Below, one piece after another: positions 52,670-64,000 of a stretch of DNA of 64,000 nt. Position numbers and translations under genes: made by a program. Source of the stretch: Eledone cirrhosa (lineage: Eukaryota). The notes under the pieces are model-generated. The model was not told the origin of the DNA, did not search any database, and saw only the letters and a list, made by a program, of their open reading frames with translations. Location: positions 356,996,001 through 357,060,000 of the forward strand of contig OZ024741.1 in the NCBI GenBank assembly GCA_964016885.1, read 5' to 3'. The stretch's first letter is position 1. Each line of letters starts with the position of its first letter.

Positions 52670-53262
52670 GAGAAGAAAGAAGAATGCTGCGTGGTTTGCA
52701 CATGGGTTACATATGATAAAAATAGTCCTTCGTCAGTGATTTTCCAACCATCATTGGTATTTCATCGCATTAAAAATCAGATACCTCAGTTATTGGGACC
52801 AGAATTCGTGTAAGGCGAGGGGGACAAGTAAACAACATAGAAGGATAAAAGCAAACCGAAGATAGGAAAATAAACAAGCAACATGGTTGTCCGGTCAGCA
52901 TAAACTGGGTGGATTTCATGAGCGAGAGAGGTACAGGCCATGTTGATGTGTGTGAGATGTGAGCAAGAAGAGACCCACACAAGCCAAACGGGAGGAAGTG
53001 AGAAGGGGAGAAACAGAGAGTGAGTGAGTGGAAGTGTGAGGAAGCGGTCAGTCGAGAGAAAGTGTAACTGACAGAGGGGGCGAAAGAAAGCGAGAGAAAC
53101 AGAGAGAGCGGGGAAGCAGTAAGAGAGAAACAGACAAACGCAGCCGAAGTAAATATATATATAAAACATGAGAAGAAAGAAGAATACTGCGTGGCTGCAC
53201 ATGGGTTACATATGATAAAAATAGTCCTTCGTCAGTGATTTTCCAACCATCATTGGTATTTA
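52660..53262. repeat. element with ~100-bp terminal direct repeats between (TA)n tracts
   Basis: AAAACATGAGAAGAAAGAAGAAT...CCATCATTGGTATTT at 52663-52762 and 53163-53261; purine-rich interior. Confidence 0.8.
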
Positions 53263-53371
53263 ATATATATATATATATATGAAGATATTTTTGCGAGCAA
53301 TGAATCTTGATGTAGATTTAACCCCCCAAAACTCTTTCCGAACTATATATGGAACACTTGTGATTATTTAT

Positions 53372-53410
53372 GCCCTTGAGAAGCCCAACTGGGCGAAACG
53401 TACGTAGGTG
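53372..53410 (+). ncRNA. minimal hammerhead ribozyme motif (U3-A8 variant)
   Basis: CC-TTGAGAA-GCCC AACT GGGC-GAAA-CGTACG-TA-GG; palindromic stem III ACGTACGT; AATAAA about 10 nt downstream; ~185-bp unit between (TA)n tracts. Confidence 0.72.
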
Positions 53411-53465
53411 ATATTTTAAATAAACATGTTTTAACGGTCTATTCTCCGATTTTTACTTTCCCACG

Positions 53466-53748
<283 letters not shown>

Positions 53749-55842
53749 ATCATCATCATCATCATCATCATCAACGTTTAACGTCCGTGTTCCACGCTTG
53801 CATGGGTTTGGACGGGGGTAGTCCCACTTGAGGCAAGAGTGATTGTCTTGCTCGCATAGGACTGTCTGGCAGGTTTTCTACAGTTGGATGCCCTTCCTAA
53901 CACCAACCACATTTACAGTGTGGGTCTGGGAGGTTTTTACCGTGTTGCCTACACGGCCACATTACAGCATGGACTGTGTGTTTTTTTGTCGTGACACCTA
54001 CACGATCTCATTTGTTTCGGCCTCGATGGCGCGGCACCAACATAACTTTACATAGAACGGGGTGGTGTGGATGGGGTGGGGGTGGTGGTGGTGGGACGGG
54101 GTGTATTTTGTTAGAGATGCCTACTGGCTGGAGTAGGTTTTACTATATATTTAGGTAAGGCGGGTCTTCTCTGTTACTGAGTACCGCCAAAGGTCTCGGT
54201 CCAGTGACATTGTCTTGGAGAGGTGTAAGTATGTGATGTCGGAGTTTATCAGCTCGTCCCAGGTTTTTCTAGGTCTGCCTATTCCGTGACTACCGTCTAT
54301 CTTTATTGCCCTGCACTTTGTTATACAGCTATCGACTTTCATGCGCATCACGTGTCCATACCAACGTAGCCTTCTCTCAAGTAAACAACATCTGATCCCT
54401 CTTATCTCTAATTTTTTCCTTAGTTCGTTTATGCTTTGCCGTTCACGTATATTACTGTTACACATCCAGCGGAGCATGCAAGCTTCGTTCCTCTCTAGTC
54501 TGCATATATCCTCTGCACACAATGCCCAGGTCTCACTGCCATGCAGCATTGCTGTTCGTATGCAGGCATCGTACAACCTGCCTTTCATTTTTAGGGAGAA
54601 CCCTTTAGCAGCTAATAGTGGTATAAGCTCTCTGAACTTTTTCCAACCAGTTCTGACTCTAGCTACAGTACTTTCAGAGCACCCTCCCCCACTGCTGATT
54701 TTATCGCCCAGGTAACGGAAGCTGTCCACTATTTCTATAGAACCCTCTGCGCAATTGAAAGAGCTAGTATTTTGTGGGCACTTGCTGCTACTTATTGCAC
54801 CAGAGCACCGGCCACATGTAAAATCTATGTTCTTAGTTAGCTTACCTGTGATCCCACTACATCTTTTATGCACCCATACTTTGCATTTAGGACATAAAAT
54901 GGAGTTTCTACCTACGCCTTTCCTACACACCGAGCACGACCATTTCCCAGAAGGGACCGCCGCCTTGTTTTCTTTCCTACAAACTAGTACTTTGGTCTTA
55001 GCCAGGTTAATTTTAAGTCCTTTTGACTCTAGGCCGTGCTTCCATGTTTGGAATTTCTTCTCTAGCTCGGCCATTGATTCCGCTATGAGTGTCAGGTCGT
55101 CTGCGTATAGGAGTTCCCATGGGCAGCCTGTCTTGAACTCCTCTGTTATAGCCTGAAGGGCAATAATAAATAGTAGTGGGCTGAGAACAGAGTCCTGATG
55201 GACGCCAACTTTTACGCTAAACTCTTCACTATATTCGTTGTTAATTCTAACCTTGCTGACTGTTTCTTTATACATGGCTTGTATAGCCCTCACAAGCCAT
55301 TCGTCAACGCCTAGTTTTCTAAGAGCCCACCAGATAATGGAGCGGGGGACTCTGTCGAAGGCTTTCTCCAAGTCGACAAAAGCTAAGTAGAGGGGTTTAC
55401 CTTTAGCTAGGTACTTCTCCTGTAGTTGTCGTACTATGAAAAGAGCGTCTGTGGTACTTTTGCCTGACACAAACCCGAACTGCATTTCATCTAGGTCAAT
55501 TCTTTCTCTGATTAGTTGCGCTATTACTTTTTCCGTGACCTTCATGACCTGGTCGATTAATTTAATGCCTCTATAGTTACTCCTATCTAGGGCATCTCCT
55601 TTACCCTTATAACAGTTAATGATGATGCTGCTATGCCAGTCCTTCGGAACAACCCCATTCTGTACGACTTGGTTAACTATGCGGGTGACCATGGTGTGTC
55701 CCACCGTGCCAGATGCCTTCAGCATCTCAGCAACTATTTCCGAAGGCCCAGCCGCCTTACCCGTCTTCATATCCTTGATTGCCTTACTTATTATACTCCC
55801 CTCGACTAACACTGCTGGTCCCTCTATTGGGTCGATATGGGG

Positions 55843-55847
<5 letters not shown>
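53749..55847 (-). mobile_element. 5'-truncated RTE-clade LINE with an uninterrupted RT reading frame
   Basis: GKAAGP, NYRGIKL, QFGF, DLEKAFD, LYADD, C4HC3 finger and GRPRKTW motifs; 3' UTR and (GAT)n tail. Confidence 0.95.
54151..55847 (-). CDS. RTE reverse transcriptase, 5'-truncated, no native start
   Basis: Open frame of about 565 codons containing the RT motifs; the first ~21 aa of the track ORF come from a (TA)n tract and the adjacent element. Confidence 0.7.
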
Positions 55848-55882
<35 letters not shown>

Positions 55883-55884
<2 letters not shown>

Positions 55885-56135
55885 AAGGCGGGTAAAATTC
55901 CCGAGATCCATGGACGAGTTCTCTCCAGCGGTCTCTGTCCCTCATTATCGCTGCCATATCCTGCCTCTCCAACAGACCAGTGTCTGTCCTTAGGGCATCA
56001 ACATATGTTAACCTTGGTCTTCCTCTTCTAGTGTGTCCATGTAGGGGCTCCCAAAGGAGCACTGAGTGCAATGTCAACTCTGGATGTCGGTGAGCATGTC
56101 CAGCCAACCTCAGTCTTCTCTGTGTCACTTTTGAC
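55883..56135 (-). mobile_element. RTE LINE 3' fragment
   Basis: RRLRLAGHAHRHPE..VLLWEP.HG..RRGRPRLTYVDAL..DTGL. Confidence 0.8.
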
Positions 56136-56346
56136 ACTCTCTCTATATATATATATGTATATATATATATATAGAGAGAGAGAGAGATAAATATACACGG
56201 GTGTGTATAATTGTGTAGAGAAGATTATATTAATAAAAGGAATTCAAACTTTGTCTGATTTACTCGTTTTATTTACAATCATTTAAAATTTATAATGGTA
56301 TTAGAATGAAATAGTATGGTAGAATATTAAATGTTAAGCGTTAATT

Positions 56347-56383
56347 GAACAAGTACTTTCATGCTTTCGCAATCTTCAGGTTC
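56347..56383 (-). ncRNA. minimal type I hammerhead ribozyme motif
   Basis: Minus strand GAAC-CTGAAGA-TTGC GAAA GCAT-GAAA-GTAC-TT-GTTC: stem I GAAC/GTTC, GNRA-capped stem II, palindromic AGTACT stem III. Confidence 0.72.
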
Positions 56384-56458
56384 ATAATGTGTGGTGACAG
56401 TCAAGTTTGCAATTTTCAACAGTTGAAAATTGCAAACTTGACTGTCACCACACATTAT

Positions 56459-56495
56459 GAACCTGAAGATTGCAAAAGCTTGAAAGTACTTGTTT
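56459..56495 (+). ncRNA. mirror hammerhead motif, slightly decayed
   Basis: GAAC-CTGAAGA-TTGCAAAAGCTT-GAAA-GTAC-TT-GTTT. Confidence 0.6.
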
Positions 56496-56642
56496 AATTA
56501 ACACTTAACATTTAATATTCTACCATATTATTTCATTCTAATACCATTATAAATTTTAAATGATTGTAAATAAAATGAGTAAATCAGACAAAGTTTGAAT
56601 TCCTTTTATTAATATATATATATATATATATATATAAAAACG

Positions 56643-56897
56643 CGATAATATTGCTATTTTGCTGAACTCTTTACATTTTGTAGAGTTATTTCGGAATGTT
56701 TTTGACTGCTGTTCCTTGTAAATAGACATTCATCTCATTCTGACGTCACCAGCCATGTCTCTCCATGTGTATTTATTTTCATAATTCCGCACGAGGTGAA
56801 CTAGCCTGCTTTTAAATTCCCTTTTTGGCATATTTTGGCAGTGGTAATTTAGGTTAGCGTGTTTGAGCTCTACTGAGGAACGATTCCAACCGTGACC
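56643..56897. repeat. dispersed repeat, inverted homolog of 49905-50160
   Basis: Shared blocks GCGATAATATTGCT, CTGACGTCAC, GGTGAACTAGCC, AATTCCCTTTTTGGC and TCCAACCGTGACCA. Confidence 0.7.
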
Positions 56898-57325
56898 AAT
56901 CCCACAGGAAACTGGGTTAACTCCGACATAAAACCTGCGGCTCAGTAGTTACCGATGATGTTGATCTTTTCTTCTTTTCGGGTTATAGCTACTGTCGCTC
57001 AGAAAGTGGGATTGGCTCAGTGCACAGTCTTTCCTCACTTTAAAAATATTCGTCACGCACAGGCATTGCACGAGTGCATTAATAATTAATAATAGTGTAC
57101 TATTATTATTATTATTATTGATCTAAGCAGACGTAGTTTGCTCGCTCACAGTAAGTCGATTTATTTGCCTATTTAAATTATTTGTTGCTAAATATTTCTT
57201 GTTGTATAAGGGATACAAAGCCGTTAGACTTTGTCCCGTGAAGGGGAAAGTATAATATTTGGGCCTTTTGGCCCAAATATTTGAACTTTTTTTTACATGT
57301 TAAAAAATTTACGAAAAAAAAAAAC

Positions 57326-59300
57326 ATGACTGAGCCCCCTCCCGCAGCGATATGTCGGCTGTCGTGCGACAACGACGTAGAAGTTGAGAGGAGCGCTACA
57401 GCGAAATTAACACACATTGATAACACAAACACCACCACAAACAAGGTAAACAAAGACACCAATGATACCAATAAGAACTCTAATTTTGAAAAAAATGACA
57501 GTAACAGCGACAACGAAAATACAGATAACAAAAAAAAAAAATAACAAATACAACAACAATATCAACACCACTAACATGAAAACAAATAGCGACAACACCA
57601 ACAGCAACAATACCAACTGCACCGAGAACAACGGTGGCAACAAAGACAACAATGATAACAGCGACAGTGCTAACAACAACACCAACAAGAACAACGTCAA
57701 CAACACCCCAACAAAAACAAGACCACTTTCGCTTCGGCAGCAGCAAAATAGAGGCCATGCTTCAACATGGACCTCTCAAACAAAGATGAAAAGTTGGCCC
57801 AGGCATGGGAGCTCATCAAGCAAGAGCAAACTTGGGCCAACTTAACTGTCCTGGTAGAAGTTATTGAGGCAGTGGAGCGCAAAACGGTGCATTATAGATG
57901 CATCTCAGCACAAACCAAAAGGGCAGCGTTAATTCCACAAGAAGATGTCGAAGTCGCACTGAGGTACATCAGAAAAGACACCCAGTACATAGAGAGGGGC
58001 AGACAGTACGGCACCATTTCGGTGTTGTTCCAGTCAGAAGCCCTCGCTATGAAACACGCTATGACTCCTTGCAAAACCAGCAAGGTCATAATGTACCCCT
58101 CCCTCATGGGAAAAAGAACGGCCCATCTCCGCATTCCCAGAATCCCACCAGGACTTGACATGTGGTGGCTTCTGGGATGTGTGATTGTGGAGGGGACGGA
58201 TACAGTCCCTATAGAAGTGACCAGAACGGCCAGAGAGGACTGGTCCGGGGTTGACCTGGAGATCCTTCTCCAGATTAGACCCAAGAATGTGAAGACAATC
58301 CCAGACCACATCCGCCTTCAGAATGGGACGGTCATTCACATTATGACCGAAGGCAAAAGGCCGCAGTGTTTTGTTTGTGGGGAAAAAACCCATTTGCGAG
58401 CCTTCTGCCCTCAACTGCTGAAAGAGGCAAGGGGTCGAAAGGCTCCACTGCTGCCGACGCCGGGGCGAGGACCACAACCAATACCTGCACCGGCAAAACC
58501 ACCAACAACAACACCAATAGAAAGACCACCACCAACATTGACCACCCAGGGGGGAAACGAGGAAAGCTGTCAAATTCCCCCTTCCCCCAAAATACACACA
58601 CCAATAAAACCTTAAACATACATACAGACATACTTACAGACACAGACCCCTCATCTACCAGTAGTGAAAATGAGGGAAATCCCAAATCCCCCAAAATACA
58701 AAAAAGGAAACACAAAAAGAAAAAAAAACTCAACAAAGCACAAAAGCACCCACAATAAAAAACGCAGACACCACCCACGCAAACATCTCTCCAATAGCAC
58801 CAACATCAACACCACCATCACCATCACCAGAATCCCCCAAACGCAAACAACCGAAACAGACGCAAGAACAAATATACAGACAAACATCTGAAACCACAGA
58901 CACCGCACTCACAACAAACACAGATACAACAGAAACAACACCACCAAAACCATCACCACCACAGCCACGCAAACAAATAAAATCACACCAACAAAACATA
59001 CAAAACTTCGTGCTCGTCAGGAGGGCCAACAAGGAACTGATGGCCCTCGTAGCACGAAGTGAAAATATACAAAAAGAGGGGGGAATTTTTAAATCGAGCA
59101 CATTTCGTGTGCCAGAAGATTTGGTTCTGGTGCGAATGTCGCTCGACATATTCAAAGAAATACGAGACAGCTTTCCTCAGGACGTGGGAACCCCGAACGT
59201 AAAACCCACTTTAAGACTTTTAAAGGGGTTCCCAAAAGAAACCCCACTAACTATGGAGGTCGAACAACCCGACCTTCACAAGAGCCCGGAAGGTAAGTAA
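57326..59300 (+). pseudogene. Tx1-like ORF1 (gag-like), disrupted
   Basis: Asn/Thr-rich N-terminus, FASAAAK motif, core 57767-58615 with CFVCGEKTHLRAFC, low-complexity linker and C-terminal segment 59010-59300; stops and frameshifts between the pieces. Confidence 0.7.
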
Positions 59301-59331
59301 ACCTTCCTCTCTCTCTGTTTAACCTGCCAAC

Positions 59332-62300
59332 ATGGCCATATTAAGAGTAAGATGTTTAAATGTTCGAGGCCTGGGATCGTCCTGGAAGCAGGGTCACCTG
59401 CTCAACGACCTCAGGTCTATAGAAATGGATGTAATTGCAGTCAGCGAGACCAGGATTTCTGACATGCGCACACTAGCCCCCATTTTCGACGACTATCAGA
59501 TCTTTGCATCTGTCTGTTAGCCGGCTGGGAATGGGAGGCGGGGTGGCAGTGCTGTTTAGGAAAGGCCTGGATCTCGAGGTAAGGTCGATCTTCCGGGACC
59601 CGGATGGTAAGTTGGTGGTCCTGGACGTGAACAATAATGAAGGTGGTGCCTTTAGACTGGTGGCCGTCTATGCTCCTACTGGGGAAGGACGGCCGGACTT
59701 CTTTAGATGCCTGGAAGCCTTTCTGGGTACGTCTCGCCCTTTACTGTTAGCGGGGGACTGGAATGGCATCTTAGACGCACACTGGGACTGTGTGGGAGTA
59801 TCCGATAGGAGCGGGGGGTGCAAAAGCCTCAAGAACCTGATCAGCCAGTTCCAACTGTCTGACAGGTACCGACTAGATTTCCCTAATGCGCCAGTGTGGA
59901 CCTGGGCTAACCGCATAGGGTCATCTAGATCGTATATAGACAGGATATTCATTAGGAAAATAGACAGAAATAGTGTAAGCTGTCCATGTTTTGAAACGGT
60001 CGCCTATTCAGATCACAAGTTTGTGATCTGTATGGTCGACCTAGATAAGACGCGTAGGTTAGGACCTGGTTACTGGAAGCTAAACATATCATTTCCGGCA
60101 CGTAAGGCTTACAGGGACCAGGTCAACAATTTAGTTAAGAAAAAGTTTACAGGGGAAGTCGTCAACAATAGATGGTGGGGGGCTCTCAAAAGAGAGATTA
60201 GAGTAATGTCGATAGAGTTTAGCAAAGAAGTAGCATTAGAGATAAATAGAAAGGAGGGGGAGTTGGTAGATAAGTTAGACGAGGCTATTGGTAGTGGCAT
60301 TGCAACTGATGTGCTAGCGGCGAGAATGGCATTAGACCATTTCTTCAATGCGAAACACGAAGGTTGCATTGTCAGAGCTAAGGCGCGTGCTCTGAGAAAC
60401 GAGGGAACCAAAGCTGTTCGATGGGCCCGCGTGGCAGAGGCGCAGCGTGGTAATAAAACCACGATTTGGTCTTTGACGGACCGAGACGGGCACGAGCTGA
60501 GCGATTCCAAGAAGATGTGTGAGGCCTTTCGCCAACATTTTGCTCGGTTGTTCAGGGGAAGTGGCGGGTCAGAGATGGTGGTGGACTTCAGTCCCTACCT
60601 CAATGGCTTGCCGCAACTCTCGACGGCTGGCGCTGGGCACTGCGAAAGGCCAATTACTTCAGCTGAGATTCAGGATGCCCTTGTCGGCTGCATGAGGCGC
60701 AAGTCACCCGGTTTGGATGGTCTGCCCTACGAGCTTTACGTAAATATGCCAGACTTGTTCTCCAATCTCCCCGAAGCCCTCTACTGCAACTGGCAGCAAA
60801 ACGGGAGTATTCCCAGTTCTGTGAGCCAGGGCGTAGTGACGTTGATAAGGAAAGACAAGAACAAGAGGGACACATTAGACAATTTCAGGCCCATAACTCT
60901 GCTCAACACAGAGTTTAAGATTTTGGCCAGGATGTTAGCGAAGAGGTTGGCGCTTGTCGTCGGGGATTTGGTTGGGGAGGTGCAAACTTGCGCAATCCCA
61001 ACCAGGTCCATACACGACAACCTCCACCTAATACGATACATCATAGAGAGGGTAGGGTGTAAACCTGGCTTCGGTGGGGCTCTGATCAATTTAGATCAAT
61101 CGAAAGCATTCGATAGGGTCGACCATCGGTACCTGGAGGCTGTCCTCAAGGCGGCTGGCTTCGGCCCCGTCTTCAGAAGCTGAATCGCTGCAATGCACAG
61201 CGGCACCTGCTCGATGGTCAAAATTAATGGCCACCTCTCGGAACCGTTTCAGGTCTCCCGATCGGTCCGTCAAGGGTGCCCTCTCTCCTCCCTTCTGTAC
61301 GCATTGACTCTCGAGCCTTTACTGCGGAAGCTGGAGCTGTTGCAGGGCATCCCGCTCGAATCGGGACGCGGAAAGGCCGTGTCGGCTTATGCGGACGACA
61401 TCACCGTGATGGTGTTGGACACCTCAGAAATCGAGGTGGTCGGCAACTTATTGGAGGAATATGAAAGGTTGACGGGAGCAAAACTTAACCCGGAAAAGTC
61501 AGTAGGCTTGCAACTCGGCACCTGGAGAGGCAAGTCCATGCCGTCCAACAGCATCGTTAGGCGCTGGACGGACGGACTGGTAAAGTTGCTAGGGGTTTGG
61601 TTCGGGCCAGACCTCCAGGTGGATAAGAATTGGGACGAGGTGACGGGCAGGGTAGTCAGTCTCACCCAGAAATGGGCTGGGATGAAGCTATCACTGAAAG
61701 GTCGGGCGGAGGTGGCGAACGCGTACATCGCGTCCGTCATCTACTACCGTCTGACTGTCGTCCCTTGCCCCCGTTCGCACCTCACCATCTTGGAGCGGCT
61801 CCTCTTCAAATTCTTGTGGAGGGGTCAGGTTCCGCTGGTGAGGCGGTCCATCTGCTGCCAGCACCCTCTACGTGGAGGGCTGGGCATGCCGTGACTAATG
61901 ATGCGCAGGCACGCGCTGAGGCTGCGGCATCTCCAGATATTCTGCCTAAACGGTGAACAGGTGTGGTCGCCGGTTGTCAGACGGGCTTTTCCGCAGCTCG
62001 TTTCTTTGACTGAGCTGCAGTCCTGGGTCAAGAAGAGACCGAGACTGGGTGACTGGCATCTGGAATGTTGCCAGGCACTCACTGCGCTCTACCAGGCGGG
62101 CAATGCGGTCAGTGGAACTTCCACTCTCGAGTTCTATAGAGGATTAGTGGTGGGCAAGTGCGGCGAGGCACTCGGAGAGGCTCTGGGAGTCAACGAAGTC
62201 GAACTAACCAGTCTGTACCGGAGGACTTTCGAGCCGGGGACGATGGATAATTTCCAAAAATCCCTCGCTTGGCATTGCTACCGGGGGGGCACTGCCGGTT

Positions 62301-62759
62301 CGAGATAAACTCTACAGGCACGGAAGTGCTGTCAGACGGACCTGCCCTATATGCGCGCAGAGCGACGAAACCGTTCTGCACGCACTCGTCCAGTGTCCGT
62401 GCATTACTGACTTGTGGAGTTTTGTTGAACAGCTGTTGTCGCGTGTAGAACGGATCTGGCTCTCGGCCGAGTCCATAGTGAAAATCGACCCGCCGCCTTC
62501 TTTTGGCCAGGAAGGGCAGGCAATTTTCCACTGTCTTATGGCAGTAGCGAAAGAGCTTGTATGGTGGACGAGGTTGAAAGGACTGAAGACAGACACTTTT
62601 CTCTTCGGCCAATCCCTCATCAACTTTTTCAAGTTTCACTTGGAAAGGAAGGTTAGGGTGGAGAGAGAAGTGCTGCCCCCCAGTACATTTGTTGAAAGGT
62701 GGGTGAATGTGGCGAGAATGGCCCGTGTGAGTGGGCCTACTCTGGTCATGCGGCTGTAG
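59332..62759 (+). pseudogene. Tx1-like ORF2 (APE endonuclease, reverse transcriptase, zinc knuckle), disrupted
   Basis: LNVRGL, AVYAP, GDWN, YIDRIF, SDH, KSPGLDG, NFRPITLLN, DQSKAFD, RQGCPLS, YADD and CPICAQSDETVLHALVQC; frameshifts near 59515 and 62285; TGA at 61181 and 61892. Confidence 0.92.
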
Positions 62760-63094
62760 GTAGGTAAATTTGAAGAGGAGAGGGGTACCCTTCCAAGGTG
62801 CTCTTGAAGCGTCGGGTCGTTCAGGACTGGTGGGGTACCTGAGCGAACCCTAAGTGGTCATCCCCCCTATTGGGGAATTTTTTCTTGTTGTAATTTTATT
62901 GTTACTTTATTGTTACTTTGTTATTGTTACTTTGTTTATTCATATTGTTTACTCAATTTTTCTGTAAAACCCCACTGTCCCAGTCTTTTGTATTGTCCCC
63001 TATATGTCGGCCCTTGTGGCCAATAAATGAAATCATTATTATTATTGTTACTATTATTATTACTTTTTTTTTTTTTTTTTTTTTTTTCAATTCA

Positions 63095-64000
63095 ATGATG
63101 TTCCAGAACAATATAAAAGAGATAATTGGCAATTTAGGTTCTGGAACAAAAAAGATAATTGGTAATAAGGGCAGGGGCCCCAGGTTATCACAGCCTAGGC
63201 CTGCTCGTCATCGTGCCATTGTAATAGAGCCAAACAAGGCATTTAGTCTTGGCTGCTGGAACGTACGGATGCTGCTTGACAGGGATTCCTTGGAGCGTCC
63301 TGAACGAAGGACCGCTCTTGTTGCAAAGGAGCTTCGACGTTACGATCTTGACATCGTGGCTTTATCTGAGACGAGGTTAGCTGGAGATGGTCATCTTACA
63401 GAATTTTGTGGAGAATATACATTCTTCTGGAAAAGAAGAGATGAAGGAACCAGAAGAGAGACTGGGGTAGGATTTGCTGTTAAGACTGTACTTGTGAATA
63501 AATTAGAAGAATTCCCAGTAGGGATTAGTGAGCGTCTTATGTCCATGAGAATTTTGCTGGACAAAGGAAGATATGCGACCCTGGTGAGTGTGTATGCTCC
63601 AACTATGAATTCTGTTGATGAAGAAAAAGTGTCCTTTTACCATGCCTTGAAAGGTATTTTAAGAAATATCCCTCAGGCAGACAAAGTCATCGTGCTTGGT
63701 GACTTTAATGCTAGAGTGGGTAGGGATTTTAACACATGGAATGTAATCGGAAGGCATGGAGTGCGAAAGTGTAACAACAATGGTATGCTCCTGCTGCAGA
63801 TGTGTGAGGAGCTGGATCTGTGTGTTACCAACACCATGTTCCAACAAAAGAATAAATTCAAGACCACATGGATGCATCCTGCATCTAAGGAATGGCATCT
63901 TTTGGACTACGTCTTAGTCAGGATACGTAACAGACAGGATGTGCAGTGTGTTCGTGCTCTTCATGGAGCTGAGTGCTGGACGGACCACCACCTGGTACGT
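63095..64000 (+). CDS. RTE (BovB-like) LINE ORF, APE endonuclease domain; open to the window end
   Basis: Manual translation from ATG 63095 has no stop: WNVRMLLD..RPERRTALVAKELRRYDLDIVALSETR..GVGFA..VYAPT..LGDFNARVG..TWMHP..LDYVLV..TDHHLV; absent from the ORF track because no stop falls in the window. Confidence 0.9.
   Translation, partial: MMFQNNIKEIIGNLGSGTKKIIGNKGRGPRLSQPRPARHRAIVIEPNKAFSLGCWNVRMLLDRDSLERPERRTALVAKELRRYDLDIVALSETRLAGDGHLTEFCGEYTFFWKRRDEGTRRETGVGFAVKTVLVNKLEEFPVGISERLMSMRILLDKGRYATLVSVYAPTMNSVDEEKVSFYHALKGILRNIPQADKVIVLGDFNARVGRDFNTWNVIGRHGVRKCNNNGMLLLQMCEELDLCVTNTMFQQKNKFKTTWMHPASKEWHLLDYVLVRIRNRQDVQCVRALHGAECWTDHHLVR

Larger units (their letters stand above)
56226..56616. 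repeat. 391-bp near-perfect palindrome with a 1-nt spacer at 56421
   Basis: The arms are reverse complements with only a handful of mismatches; (TA)n follows. Confidence 0.95.
57121..63046 (+). mobile_element. near-full-length Tx1/L1-clade non-LTR retrotransposon
   Basis: ORF1 with CCHC knuckle, ORF2 with APE, RT and CCHC, 3' UTR with AATAAA at 63022, (ATT)n on both flanks. Confidence 0.9.

Noticed and set aside
55848-55911. N-terminus MDLGNFTRLRYIYIYI of the 586-aa ORF
   Set aside because: Chance read-through from an adjacent RTE fragment across a (TA)n tract
57178-59155. Hydrophobic minus-strand ORFs resembling membrane proteins
   Set aside because: Antisense shadows of the A/C-rich low-complexity Tx1 ORF1

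Overview
AT-rich metazoan genomic DNA with no convincing host protein-coding gene. The SINE/LINE repertoire suggests a cephalopod, probably octopus (inference). Bases 1-11877 are a 38-bp tandem satellite that flips orientation at 10048, exactly on a dyad inside the monomer, so it forms a long imperfect palindrome; the ORFs over it are artefacts. The rest is a mosaic of retroelements (RTE copies with a PHD-type finger, CR1 and CRE fragments, a near-full-length Tx1/L1 element in (ATT)n, and an open RTE endonuclease ORF running off the end), tRNA-derived SINEs, MITEs, non-autonomous Helitron-like units and (TA)n microsatellites. The most notable signal is a set of minimal type I hammerhead ribozyme motifs that the ORF track does not show (29372, 47719, 48896/49032, 53372, 56347/56459; degenerate at 34046 and 39821). 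They have palindromic stem III, three of the loci carry a U3-A8 core covariation, and they lie in short non-coding units mostly bounded by (TA)n, several arranged as fold-back or partial tandem repeats. This fits Penelope-like pseudo-LTR or retrozyme-like self-cleaving RNA elements. All folds were made by eye and none has been tested.
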